Below, piece after piece: positions 38,943 through 49,600 of a stretch of 64,000 nucleotides of DNA (its first letter is position 1; each line of letters opens with the position of its first letter). A program made the position numbers and the translations under genes. Location of the stretch: the NCBI GenBank assembly GCA_030141605.1, contig JAQGDQ010002399.1, positions 1 through 64,000 of the forward strand, given 5' to 3'. The notes under the pieces were generated by a model that saw only the letters and a list, made by a program, of their open reading frames with translations, was not told where the DNA came from and made no database searches. Source of the DNA: Tubiluchus corallicola (taxonomy: Eukaryota > Animalia > Priapulida).

Positions 38943-40628
38943 CTATTCCCATTGGAGAATAGGCCACTCTCCATCCCTCTTCCATTCCCAAGTATTGGAG
39001 AAATCCCAGCCTATAAAAACTTCTTTATTGTTATTCCCAGTATCTATGTATGTGTTCACTGCTGTCTTTATTAAATTAGAACCACTGCTAACTCCTATTC
39101 CTAAAGGAGATTGTGTCTTACCTGAACTTACTATATCCCAATAATTATAAGTCTCAGTAGCATAACCCTCTCCCACCAAGCCACCACGATCAGGAGATAC
39201 GCTTGTCACCTCTCCAGTGGCATAACAGTTTTCAATATGGCCGTCGTCTATAGCACCTATTAGCCCGCCGCCGTTAAGAGAATTAGAATTAGTAGAAGTT
39301 ACATCTCCTAAACTGTAAGAATTAGTGACAATACTTTCTTCACAGTATCCTAATAAACCACCTATAGAATTCATACCAGTTACATTTCCTGTAGCTTTAC
39401 AGTTATTAATTGTAATAGCATTAGCTTCACCATAACTAAAATACCCAAACGTTCCTACTAATCCTCCAGCTAAATTATTTGCAAATACGTTTACTGCTGC
39501 GGAACTATTTGAGATTTCAGCAGTAATATCATGTGCATAAAATCCTGCCAGCCCACCAACATATTGGTTTCCCCTTACATCTCCTCCTGTAACATGGCAG
39601 TTATCAATTTTTGAATCTCTTCCACTTCCCACCAATCCACCAATGCTACCCTTCGTACTTGCACCTCCAGTTATTCCTCCTGTGGATATTTGTAGATTTA
39701 CATTTTTTATTTCACTTTCTACGATACTTCCAAACAAGCCTACTGCACCTCTGTAAGTTCTATTTATAAACAAGTTGCTTATCGTCTTGTTTTGCCCATC
39801 GAAAGAACCTTTGAAGCTATCAGCATCAGAACTTTCACCTATAGGGTCGAAGCCTTCTTCGGGAAGCTCCTCTGGGAAACTTCCACCCGCTGAGGGATTA
39901 GGTAGCGATATATCGTTCATCAAAGTATAATCGCCATTTAAATCATAATTCATTCCCTGCAAGTCCTGCCAACTTCTAATGTTGTATTGCTCTATGGGAA
40001 TGGCATAGGTAAATTTGTAGTCTTTTCCTTGCAGCCTTATGGTTAAACGTATGGCAGGATATTGCTGATTGCTCACCTCGTTCCATTGTGTTGGAGAAAT
40101 AGGATTGGGTAATCTTCCTTTCCCATTTTGTATGTTGAAACTACCGCTAATAGCAGAAAATCCTTTTACCTGCAAGGTATATGGGTGGTTTCCATTGGCT
40201 AATGGTAAGTCGCTCACTTCAAACAGAGTGTTCTTTTCAAAATCCCCCGCCCCTACTCGGTTGGCTTCTTCACTTGTTTGCGGGTCTGTGTAATAGCTCA
40301 AAGCTCTAAAAATAGGTTTTCTTCCAAAACAGGCAGACCACCCACCATAAGCAGCTCCTAAGTACACTCTCATACAATTGTAGCTACTACTCAAATCAAA
40401 TACAATAGTGCCTTCAGCAATATCTCCTCCTTGAGGGTTGGTAACATTGTTTTGACTTAAATCTACCCTGGGTATCACAAATCCGTAATGGTCGTCGCCG
40501 CCTTGTATGTTGGACCTTATGTCTAACATACCTTCTGGCTTGTTGGTACCTATTCCTACCTGCGATTTCAAGCGAGTATTCCCCAAATAAAACAATAAAC
40601 AAACAGTCAAAAAGATGTTAAGTTTCAT
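38943..40628 (-). CDS. Secreted GLUG-motif protein with QVGIGT-type N-terminal domain
   Basis: Signal peptide + SQVGIGTNKPEGMLDI...GFVIPRV...GTIVFD, then FKGSFDG and repeated IGGLVG/NCKATG, ending GWDFSNTW...WPILQW. Confidence 0.85.
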   Translation of the reverse strand: MKLNIFLTVCLLFYLGNTRLKSQVGIGTNKPEGMLDIRSNIQGGDDHYGFVIPRVDLSQNNVTNPQGGDIAEGTIVFDLSSSYNCMRVYLGAAYGGWSACFGRKPIFRALSYYTDPQTSEEANRVGAGDFEKNTLFEVSDLPLANGNHPYTLQVKGFSAISGSFNIQNGKGRLPNPISPTQWNEVSNQQYPAIRLTIRLQGKDYKFTYAIPIEQYNIRSWQDLQGMNYDLNGDYTLMNDISLPNPSAGGSFPEELPEEGFDPIGESSDADSFKGSFDGQNKTISNLFINRTYRGAVGLFGSIVESEIKNVNLQISTGGITGGASTKGSIGGLVGSGRDSKIDNCHVTGGDVRGNQYVGGLAGFYAHDITAEISNSSAAVNVFANNLAGGLVGTFGYFSYGEANAITINNCKATGNVTGMNSIGGLLGYCEESIVTNSYSLGDVTSTNSNSLNGGGLIGAIDDGHIENCYATGEVTSVSPDRGGLVGEGYATETYNYWDIVSSGKTQSPLGIGVSSGSNLIKTAVNTYIDTGNNNKEVFIGWDFSNTWEWKRDGEWPILQWE

Positions 40629-40697
40629 AACAATATATTTAGTATATAAAAATAAAAGTATACAAAAATACCTAAAAATACAATTGTATAGCTGCTT

Positions 40698-42755
40698 CTA
40701 AAATCGTATTTCCATTTTAAAAACTGCATTTCTTCCCATTTCATAGAACTGACTTGCTTCTTCTTGGTTTCTATAACTTCTGCTCAAATGCTCAAAATAA
40801 TTTTCGTTGAATATATTATTTAGTGCAAAAGATAATTTTAAGTTTTTCAATATCCAGTAATTGGCATACAAATCGAATGTTTTAAAGAACTTGGAAGGTG
40901 TTTCATTAAACGATTGTGAAACCCTTTCTTGTGCAGCTACTATTCTGCTTTTCAGTCCACACATCCATTTTTCTTTTTGAAATAGCAACTCTATGCTAGA
41001 TGACAAAGGTGGTATCTCTGCCACTGGCTCATCCCAATCTACATTATGTGCAAAGGTATAAGAAACTTGTCCTAAAACTGTAAAGTATCTATATATGAAA
41101 ACTTTCAAACTTGCCTCAAAACCATATTGATACACTTCGTCTACATTTTCAAATCTTTTAGCATATATAGGCTCTTGTGTAGGCATATACTTACGTTTTA
41201 ATGTGCTATCTACTTTTGCAGTAATGAAGTTATTTATATACGAATAAAACCCATTGCCATATAGCTCTATTGTAGGTGTTTTATAGCTTACCTGCACATC
41301 TAACTGATTGTTTCTCTCTGCTTTCAAATTTGGATTACCTACATATTCGTGAGCATCCATTCCTATGGTGAAATGATTTATATACAACTCGTCTAAGTTG
41401 GGCATCCTGCTACCACTCCCTAATTTTAAGGAAGTAGTTATTTTTTCGTTGAGCAAATATAGAAACGATAAATTGGCATGTGGTAAGTATTGGCTTTCAT
41501 ATTGTATGTTGTCGTATTTTTCTTTAAAGTCTGATGCGGGGTTTAAAATGTCTGATGTGTTATAGTCCAACCTTAGGCCAGCTTTCATTTGCATCTTTTT
41601 ATTTAGCCAATGCTCCATTTCTGTATATAGCCCCAGTATTTCTAATTGGGAGTTTTGCCATACAGAGTCTTTAAATATTTTAGGTGGTTCTACAGGTGCT
41701 CCGTTAGACATTAGGACTTCTCGTGTTCGCTCTCCATCTTTGTTCAAATACAAATAATCTATTCCTGAGCATAATTGAACATTTTTACCTATGACGTATA
41801 AGCCCTCTATTTTAATTCCTGCATTTTTAGAATTTACATCCGTTTCCGAATGTGTCATTGCATAGTTAGGTCTGTTTTTATTAGTCATCAGATGGGGTAC
41901 AGTAGCTCCGTGTAATTTTACATTCAATTCTGAAAACTTGGGCAACAAATTTTTTGCCTGATAATCTAAGGAAACAATATGACTTTCTTCTTTCTCTGCA
42001 TCCATTGGCAAACCTGCATATAAAACATCTTTGGATAGGTTGTATTGCCACGACAAGCCTACTGTTTGGTTTTTAGCAACCTTTACTCCTGCTTTTGTAA
42101 TGTAATTATAAGAGGTGAAAGACGAAGGTATTTCCTGTCCATCTCCACTTATATAGTTGTCAAAATCTCTTATACTTCCTCCCATAGTTACATAATACTT
42201 TTTATTTGAAAGGGTAATATGTCCATTGCTTGTTTTGGCATCTGCGTTTGTAATATAGCCCACAGAGGCACGCCCTGAAACTTCTGGTTCTGTTGAATAT
42301 AAATGCTGACGAGTAATTACATTTACTACTCCTCCCATATTTTGTCCATACCTTACCTTGTAAGGTCCTTTGATAATTTCTATTGTCTCTATTTCCGATA
42401 TTGGAATTTGTGTTGTTATAGGGTCCATACGGTTAGGACAAGCACTAAAAACCCGTATTCCAGTATTCATCTGAACATTTAACTGCTCGTATTTAAACAT
42501 ATTTAATACAGGTTCGGATGCGAAGTTCCCACGCTTTACTACACCTCCTACACCTTTTATGTATTTAAATATTTCTGATGTGTTTGATACAGCACAATTT
42601 TCTATTTCATCGCTATTTGTAACGTTTTTAAAATGCTTTGTATTTGCCTTTTCAGCTACTATTACTTCATCAAGTAGTATGGAGTCTTTTTGAGAATAAA
42701 TATTTAGAAAAAAAAAGTTGCAGAATAATAAAAAGAGGGTAATTTTTCTACTCAT
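40698..42755 (-). CDS. TonB-dependent receptor, OprC/NosA-like copper-binding type
   Basis: Plug motif ACPNRMDP (CxxxM) plus HLM (HxM), IEIIKGP, GNPNLKAE, NNIFN..Y and terminal Phe. Confidence 0.8.
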   Translation of the reverse strand: MSRKITLFLLFCNFFFLNIYSQKDSILLDEVIVAEKANTKHFKNVTNSDEIENCAVSNTSEIFKYIKGVGGVVKRGNFASEPVLNMFKYEQLNVQMNTGIRVFSACPNRMDPITTQIPISEIETIEIIKGPYKVRYGQNMGGVVNVITRQHLYSTEPEVSGRASVGYITNADAKTSNGHITLSNKKYYVTMGGSIRDFDNYISGDGQEIPSSFTSYNYITKAGVKVAKNQTVGLSWQYNLSKDVLYAGLPMDAEKEESHIVSLDYQAKNLLPKFSELNVKLHGATVPHLMTNKNRPNYAMTHSETDVNSKNAGIKIEGLYVIGKNVQLCSGIDYLYLNKDGERTREVLMSNGAPVEPPKIFKDSVWQNSQLEILGLYTEMEHWLNKKMQMKAGLRLDYNTSDILNPASDFKEKYDNIQYESQYLPHANLSFLYLLNEKITTSLKLGSGSRMPNLDELYINHFTIGMDAHEYVGNPNLKAERNNQLDVQVSYKTPTIELYGNGFYSYINNFITAKVDSTLKRKYMPTQEPIYAKRFENVDEVYQYGFEASLKVFIYRYFTVLGQVSYTFAHNVDWDEPVAEIPPLSSSIELLFQKEKWMCGLKSRIVAAQERVSQSFNETPSKFFKTFDLYANYWILKNLKLSFALNNIFNENYFEHLSRSYRNQEEASQFYEMGRNAVFKMEIRF

Positions 42756-42831
42756 TTTGAATAAAGATTATATATAAAATTGTGTTTGCGGTAGCAAAAG
42801 TAGTGAATTCCAGAAAGAGAAGAAATAATAA

Positions 42832-43680
42832 TTATTTTTTTCTGCTTAGCTTTTGATTTGGGATGATTGAGCCTAATGTTCTGGTAGAAATGTATTTTAA
42901 GCCTTTTATTAAAAACAGTAACATAGTTAGCACTACCACAATAGTAGCTCCTGAGGGCATATTCCAATAAAAAGAAAGTAATAAACCCGTCAATGCACCA
43001 ATGAAACTTATTAGCATAGCATAGCCCATTATTTTTTTAAAGTTATTGGTTAGTAGGTTTGCAATGGTCTGTGGTATGGTTAGAAAAGAGATTACCAGTA
43101 TGATGCCCGCAATGCGAATGTTTAGCACCACAGTGAGAGCTACAAGAGTAATAAGCAAATAATTAACAAGTCCTACACGTATTTTATGTGTACGTGCATA
43201 CTCAGGGTCAAATGAGAGATAAAGTATGGTTTTATACATTGTAGCAAATACAAAAGCAATAACTACTACCAGTATTGTTAGTGCGTAAATGTCGGTCGTG
43301 GATACAGCTATAATACTACCAAACAGGTAACTAACAAGGTTGGGTGCATAGCCCGGTGTAATAGCAATAAAGAGTATGCCAGTAGCCATACCAAGCGACC
43401 ATAACAATCCAATGTTTGAGTCAAAACGCATTTTCTTTTTGCGAGAGAGAAACTCTATGAGTAGGGCAGAGACAACCCCAAAAACAGATGCTCCTAATAT
43501 AGGATTGGCTCCCAAGTAATAAGCTATTCCAATACCGCTAAACGAAGAATGTGTGATACCTCCACTAATGAAAACCATTCGCCTTGCAACAATATATGTT
43601 CCGATTATTCCACAGGAGATACTAGCAAGCACTACAGCAATAAGCGAGTTAGTAAAAAAGTGATATTGAAATAGGTGCAT
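42832..43680 (-). CDS. Metal (Zn/Mn) ABC transporter permease, ZnuB-like
   Basis: GIIGTYIVARRMVFISGGITHSSFSG, YLFGSI, SFDPEYA, GIILVISFLTIP, PSGATIV. Confidence 0.9.
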   Translation of the reverse strand: MHLFQYHFFTNSLIAVVLASISCGIIGTYIVARRMVFISGGITHSSFSGIGIAYYLGANPILGASVFGVVSALLIEFLSRKKKMRFDSNIGLLWSLGMATGILFIAITPGYAPNLVSYLFGSIIAVSTTDIYALTILVVVIAFVFATMYKTILYLSFDPEYARTHKIRVGLVNYLLITLVALTVVLNIRIAGIILVISFLTIPQTIANLLTNNFKKIMGYAMLISFIGALTGLLLSFYWNMPSGATIVVVLTMLLFLIKGLKYISTRTLGSIIPNQKLSRKK

Positions 43681-44024
43681 AATAATTTAAAAGAATTTTT
43701 CTTAGTGAATTTAAAAGCAAATTTACAGAAATTTTCACTTTTGTGTGCTACAAAAATACGAACGGAAAAAAAAGATGAAAAAAATATAGACTAAATTGCA
43801 TTGTTAAGTTTATCAGAATTGCGAAACAATCAAACTGAAAATAAAGTATTTTTGCTGATTGAAAACTTTTTACTTATTTCGTCTTTATGAAGACTTAATT
43901 AATAGCTTTATTTGCAAATCATAGAGAATATAGGACATAATTGAAGAATAGAAAATGTTGTTTTTAGCTTTCTAAATAAGCGATTTAACAGTTACAGTAG
44001 AAATAAATTCAGATTGATAGACAA

Positions 44025-45134
44025 ATGTCATTTTACAATATCATACAACAATACAAAGACTACGATTTTGAGGAATATTTTCAGAGCCTTACTCCCCAAC
44101 ACATACTAAGTAGTATAGATAGAGAAGTACTTACGCCTACCGACTTTCTCAACCTCCTTTCACCCAAAGCTCAAAACCACATAGAACATATGGCTCAAAG
44201 AGCTTATAGCCTTACTAAGCAGTATTTTGGGCAAACAATAGGTATTTATGCCCCCCTATATATCTCTAATTATTGTGTCAACGACTGTACCTACTGTGGT
44301 TTTAGCAAAAAGAATAAGATAAAAAGAAAGCAACTTACTTTACAGGAAATAGAACAGGAAGCTCGAAAAATACAGCAACAAGGTATTAAACATATTTTAT
44401 TGCTCACAGGTGAAGCAGCTAAACGTACTAATTTTGATTATATTAAGGAGGCTGTCTGCATACTTAGAAAATACTTTCCCTCTGTTTCCGTTGAAATATA
44501 CCCTTTGAATACAAATGCTTATAAGGAATTGAAAGTGCTTGGAGTGGACGGACTGACTGTATATCAAGAGATATATGACGAAAAAAAATACACTGAATAC
44601 CACATATCAGGACCCAAAACCAACTACCAGTACCGCTTACTTACTGCAGAACGCGGAGCAGAAGCAGGTATACGACACATAAGTACAGGCACACTTTTTG
44701 GCTTGGGTAAGCTGCATAGTGAAGCTTTCTTTTCTGGATTGCACTCTCATTATTTGATGAATAAATACATAGATACAGAGTTTAGCCTGTCTATGCCACG
44801 TATAAAAAATGCAGTGGGAGGATTTCAAACTCAACACGAATTAGACGACAAAACCTTTGTGCAATACCTACTTGCTTACCGTCTTTTTCTACCCCGTGTA
44901 GGTATTAACCTTTCTACTCGTGAGAGTGCCAAATTTAGAGATAATCTAATAGGATTAGGTGTTACTCGTTTCTCCGCAGGCTCAAAAACAGATGTAGGCG
45001 GATATAGCTTACAGGAGAAATCAACACAACAATTTGCCCTCTCTGACGAACGTACTGTAAAACAAATAGCTCAAAGTATAAAAAAGCATAATTACCAAGT
45101 AGTATATAAGGACTGGGAGCTTATTCAATTTTAA
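44025..45134 (+). CDS. thiH: 2-iminoacetate synthase (radical SAM tyrosine lyase)
   Basis: YAPLYISNYCVNDCTYCGF (CxxxCxxC), LLTGE, YQEIY, S.PRI, LSTRE...RD, SAGS.T.VGGY, QF..SDER, KDW. Confidence 0.93.
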   Translation: MSFYNIIQQYKDYDFEEYFQSLTPQHILSSIDREVLTPTDFLNLLSPKAQNHIEHMAQRAYSLTKQYFGQTIGIYAPLYISNYCVNDCTYCGFSKKNKIKRKQLTLQEIEQEARKIQQQGIKHILLLTGEAAKRTNFDYIKEAVCILRKYFPSVSVEIYPLNTNAYKELKVLGVDGLTVYQEIYDEKKYTEYHISGPKTNYQYRLLTAERGAEAGIRHISTGTLFGLGKLHSEAFFSGLHSHYLMNKYIDTEFSLSMPRIKNAVGGFQTQHELDDKTFVQYLLAYRLFLPRVGINLSTRESAKFRDNLIGLGVTRFSAGSKTDVGGYSLQEKSTQQFALSDERTVKQIAQSIKKHNYQVVYKDWELIQF

Positions 45135-45143
45135 AAAAAGACT

Positions 45144-46172
45144 ATGAAAAGTATATATCGTATCATAGATGCCAATCTCAACCGTGCTGCCGAAGGCATT
45201 AGAGTAGTAGAAGACTTGATGCGCTTTCTGTATGAGGATAAGACTATTGCCTCTCTGCTGCGAAATCTACGCCACAAATTGAGAAAAACTTTTGCAAAAG
45301 ACGATATACACTTTCTTAATCATAGAAATATAAGAGAGGATGTAGGGGTAGAAATAAGCAATTCTAATACCCACGACAATAAAACAAGTGTTCAACAATT
45401 GTTGCAAGCTAACTTGAAAAGGATAGAAGAAGCCTTGCGCGTAATGGAAGAAACATTTAAAGTAGCCAAGCAATATTCTCTTGCCAAGCAGCTAGAAGCC
45501 CTACGGTACAACACCTATGACATAGAAAAGCAGATACAAATAAAACTACAAAAGATTATCCCTATTGGACTGTATGGTATTACAGCAGAAAAATTTGCTA
45601 ATGGAAGAACTAATATAGAATGTGTAAAACAAATGGTGCAAGCAGGCATAAAAATCATACAATATCGTGAAAAAGACAAGCCAATAAGAGAAAAAATAGC
45701 AGAAGCCAAGCAAATAGCAACCTTTTGTAAAAAGACCAATGTTCTTTTTATTATGAATGACCATCCAGATATAGCATTGCTGGTAGACGCTGATGGCGTA
45801 CATATAGGACAAAATGATATGCATATTGCTGATGTAAGAAAAATAGTAGGTGAACATAAAATAATAGGAGTCTCTACCCACGCTCCTGCACAGGCACAAC
45901 AGGCTGTGAAAGATGGTGCTGACTATATAGGTGTAGGTCCCATATTTCCCACCACAACCAAAGACCGCAAGCCTGTAGGTTTGGAATATTTAGAATATGT
46001 AACAACCAACATCAAGCTGCCTTATGTAGCTATAGGAGGTATTAAGGAAAACAATATAGACCAAATAGCTCAACGAGGTGCTCAACGTATTAGTCTTGTA
46101 AGTGAGATAGTAGGAGCAGACGATATTTCTAAAAAAGTAATGAGCTTAAATGAAAAGCTGAAAATAAAATGA
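45144..46172 (+). CDS. thiE: Thiamine-phosphate synthase with cyanobacterial-type N-terminal (ThiD2-like) extension
   Basis: N-terminal RIIDANLNRAAEGIRVVED...ANLKR.EEALRV.EE. C-terminal QYREK, ND, DGVHIGQ.D, GVSTH, DYIGVGPIFPTTTK, AIGGI. Confidence 0.93.
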   Translation: MKSIYRIIDANLNRAAEGIRVVEDLMRFLYEDKTIASLLRNLRHKLRKTFAKDDIHFLNHRNIREDVGVEISNSNTHDNKTSVQQLLQANLKRIEEALRVMEETFKVAKQYSLAKQLEALRYNTYDIEKQIQIKLQKIIPIGLYGITAEKFANGRTNIECVKQMVQAGIKIIQYREKDKPIREKIAEAKQIATFCKKTNVLFIMNDHPDIALLVDADGVHIGQNDMHIADVRKIVGEHKIIGVSTHAPAQAQQAVKDGADYIGVGPIFPTTTKDRKPVGLEYLEYVTTNIKLPYVAIGGIKENNIDQIAQRGAQRISLVSEIVGADDISKKVMSLNEKLKIK

Positions 46173-46335
46173 ATTGTGCATTTACGCTAATTTAACCCTA
46201 ATTTTTAAAGCAGATATGCACAAAACTTACCTTATATGCTAATATAAAGCATACAAATAGCCTAAAAAAAAGACTCCTTCTTTATATACAGAGAAACACT
46301 AAAAAAAAGTTGGGATAGCAAAAGCAGCTTTTTTG
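46166..46335 (+). repeat. Decayed copy of the 26495/27434 element
   Basis: AAAATGAATTGTGCATTTACGCTAATTTAA...AAAGCAGATATGCA...TATGCTAATATAAAGCATACAAATAGCCT aligns with 27532-27630. It overlaps the thiE stop codon. Confidence 0.75.
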
Positions 46336-46613
46336 AGGGAGGGCTATAACTATAATATAACAACACTCACTACACCTATGACAACAACAATTTCAAATAA
46401 GAAAAAAAAGTATCATTATTTATAAAAAATGTACTGGCTTCTATATGAGTGTTCCAATACATTTGCTTCATATTTAATGAGGTCTGGAATACTTGTATGG
46501 GGACTATTAAAACCTTACTCCTCTAAACTAAGAACAAACAACAAATTTCTATTCATTATCCTACTCATTATATGCTAAAAGTATAACGTTGATTTTGTTT
46601 AAAAAAAGAAAAA

Positions 46614-49600
46614 ATGCTTCGAAGGCTAAGAATAACAATACTTGTTTCTTTTATCAGTACTTCCTCTTTTTCTCAAATCAGAACAATTAGCGGATTAGTG
46701 AAATCAAATGATGGAGAACCCTTGCCGGGTGCTTCTGTTTCCATAGAAGACAAGGCAAAAGGAACAATTACTGATATGCACGGACGCTTTTCATTTCAGG
46801 CAGAAAAAGGAGATATATTACTATTTTCATTTCTTGGGTTTGAAACCAAAAGAATAGAAGTTTTAAACCAATCTTTTATAGATGTTGTTCTTGGTGAAGA
46901 AACACAGCAAATAGGCGAAGTCATTATTGTTAGTTCTGGATATTTTGATGAAACAAAAAGGGAAGTAGCAGGTGCTATTGGGCAAGTGAGAGTAGATGAT
47001 ATGGCAACAAAAAATCCAAATACTTTAGAAACACTCCTACAAGGAAGAGTAGCAGGAGTAGTGGTTAGTGAAACAGGTGAGCCGGGAGGAGGAATAAGCA
47101 TTAATGTGCGAGGAGCTAACTCTATGTTTGGGACAACACAGCCCCTTTACATTGTTGATGGAATACCTATTGACCCTATTGCAGATGCAGAGGGGAGTAC
47201 AGCAGGAGGAGAAGCACAATCTTCTCTCAACTTCATAAACCCTGCCGACATTGAGAAGTTAGAAGTTTTGAGAGATGCCGCATCTACTGCACTTTATGGT
47301 TCAAGAGGGGCTAATGGTGTAGTTCTCATCACCACTAAAAGAGGAAAAACAGGAAAAGGAATATTAAATGTATCTGCCAATATATCCATTTCTACAGTAG
47401 CTAAAACCATAGATGTATTAGATGGACCAGGGTTTGCAGAATACCTTAACCAAAGACAAATTAACGAATTCTATAAAAAGATAACTAATCCCAATAGAAA
47501 CGGTGCAACAATGGTATATGATGGAACACAACCTATCAATGGCTTTTCTTTTGATGGTGTAGTTCTAAATTTGCCTTACAACTGGGTAGATGACCCCCTA
47601 CCTTCTCAAGTCCCAATCAGTACCGATTGGCAAGATGAGGTCTACCAACTGGCAGCAACCCAAAAATACAATATTGGATATTCTGGAGGAGACGACAAAG
47701 GAACTTATTCCTTGCGATTAGGAATGTCTGATAATGAAGGAGTGATTATCAATACCAAAAACCAACGATTAACCTACAATATGGATGTTTTTAAAAAATT
47801 GCACGCAAATACACTTACCCTACGCTCTAAAACCAACGTTTCTTATACTAAGGGCAGAGCAGGCTCAATAAACAACGGAGCAGTATATCAGAATAGAGGT
47901 GTTGTATCTCAAACCCTACGCTTTCAACCTCTTTATGGACTATTGGAAGAAGGAGATGATGTGGAAAATGCCTATGCCTTATTTAATGATGGTCAACCAG
48001 CATCTAATCCCTATACACTGGCTACCGAGCTTCAAGACCAAAAAACAGCTTATACTGTTTTTCAGTCTTTAATTCTTAAAGCACAAGTAAATCCAGTTTT
48101 TACTTATACACTTAAAGGCTCTGTAAACTATCAAAACAGTTTGAGGGATACCTATTATCCAACAACTACACAAAGAGGGCTTAGAAACAATGGAGAAGCA
48201 TCTTACTCTACTCTATTAAATCAAAAATGGTATATAGAAAACAACCTATTCTTTAAAAAGAAAATAAAGAAACACAATACTAGCCTTCTTCTTCTAAACA
48301 CTTTAGAGAAAAACGATGTTCGTTCTCTGTTTAGCAGAGTTTATGGTTTTCCCGGAGATTATACAGGATACTATGATTTGTCTATCGCTTCAGATGTCTT
48401 ACCTCCAGTTTCTGCCTATCACGATTTTACTTTGGCTTCATTTATGGCAAGAGCCGCTTACAACTACAATTATAAATACATATTTAATGCCTCAATAAGG
48501 GCAGATGGTTCTTCCAAATTTGCAAAAAATAACAAATGGGGTATTTTCCCTTCCGTAGCTTTTGCTTGGTTGATGGTAAAAGAAGATTTTATGAAAGATA
48601 TACACGCCATCAATAATATGAAACTGAGATTGAGCTATGGTCAAATAGGAAACAACCCTATAACCCCTTACCAGTCCTTAGGAACATTAGAATCTACAAC
48701 TTATAATTTTGATGAAAAAGTAGTCTCAGGGTATTATTACAGCAATCTGGCTAATGACAATCTCACTTGGGAGAGAACAGAGCAATACAACATAGGTTTA
48801 GATATGGGACTATGGGACAACCTTGTTACCTTAGAAGCTGATGTATATTATAAAGTAACCAAAGACTTATTACAAAGAGTACAACGTCCTCCTTCGTCAG
48901 GTTTTCCCGAGATAATAGATAATTTTGGAGAGGTAGAGAACAAAGGAATAGAATTGAGTTTAGGAGTTTCTCCCATAAGAGGCAAAAAATTGAACTGGGA
49001 CATTACAGCCATATTTGGGCTGAACAGAAATAAACTCTTGAGCCTAAACAGAGATGCAAGCTACCAAAGAGGGCCTAATGTAGCATTCGACGAACCTGCC
49101 AATATGTTTATGGAAGGAAAACCTCTTGGAATATTTTGGGGAGCAGAAACCGATGGAGTATATGAAGATTGGGAAGAAGCCTTAGCAAGTGGAATACAAG
49201 GTGCTGCTCCGGGAGAAATAAAATATGTAAACAGAAACATAGATTACTTACAAGATGCCAATGGAGAATACATTTTAGATGCAGAAGGAAACCGTATAGA
49301 GCTGGAACAACAGATTATCAACTTCGAAGACTATACACAGATAGGAGACCCCAACCCTGATTTTACCCTAAGTTTAAACAACTATTTTACCTATAAACAA
49401 TTTACCTTTTCATTTCTAATTACTGCTCAAAAAGGAGGAGATATTCTATGGTTAGATGGTTTAACTATCGAAGCAATGCATAACACAACTAATATGAGTA
49501 CTGATGCTTATAACAACTCGTGGAAAGCCCCTCTGGAAGTAGATATAGGACGCCAAACCATAACATACAATCAGCAAGAAGGCAATTTAGGAGAGGCATT

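Noticed and set aside
43681-44024. TPP riboswitch upstream of thiH
   Set aside because: I found no CTGAGA...ACCTGA...TAATGC core, and the region is very AT-rich.
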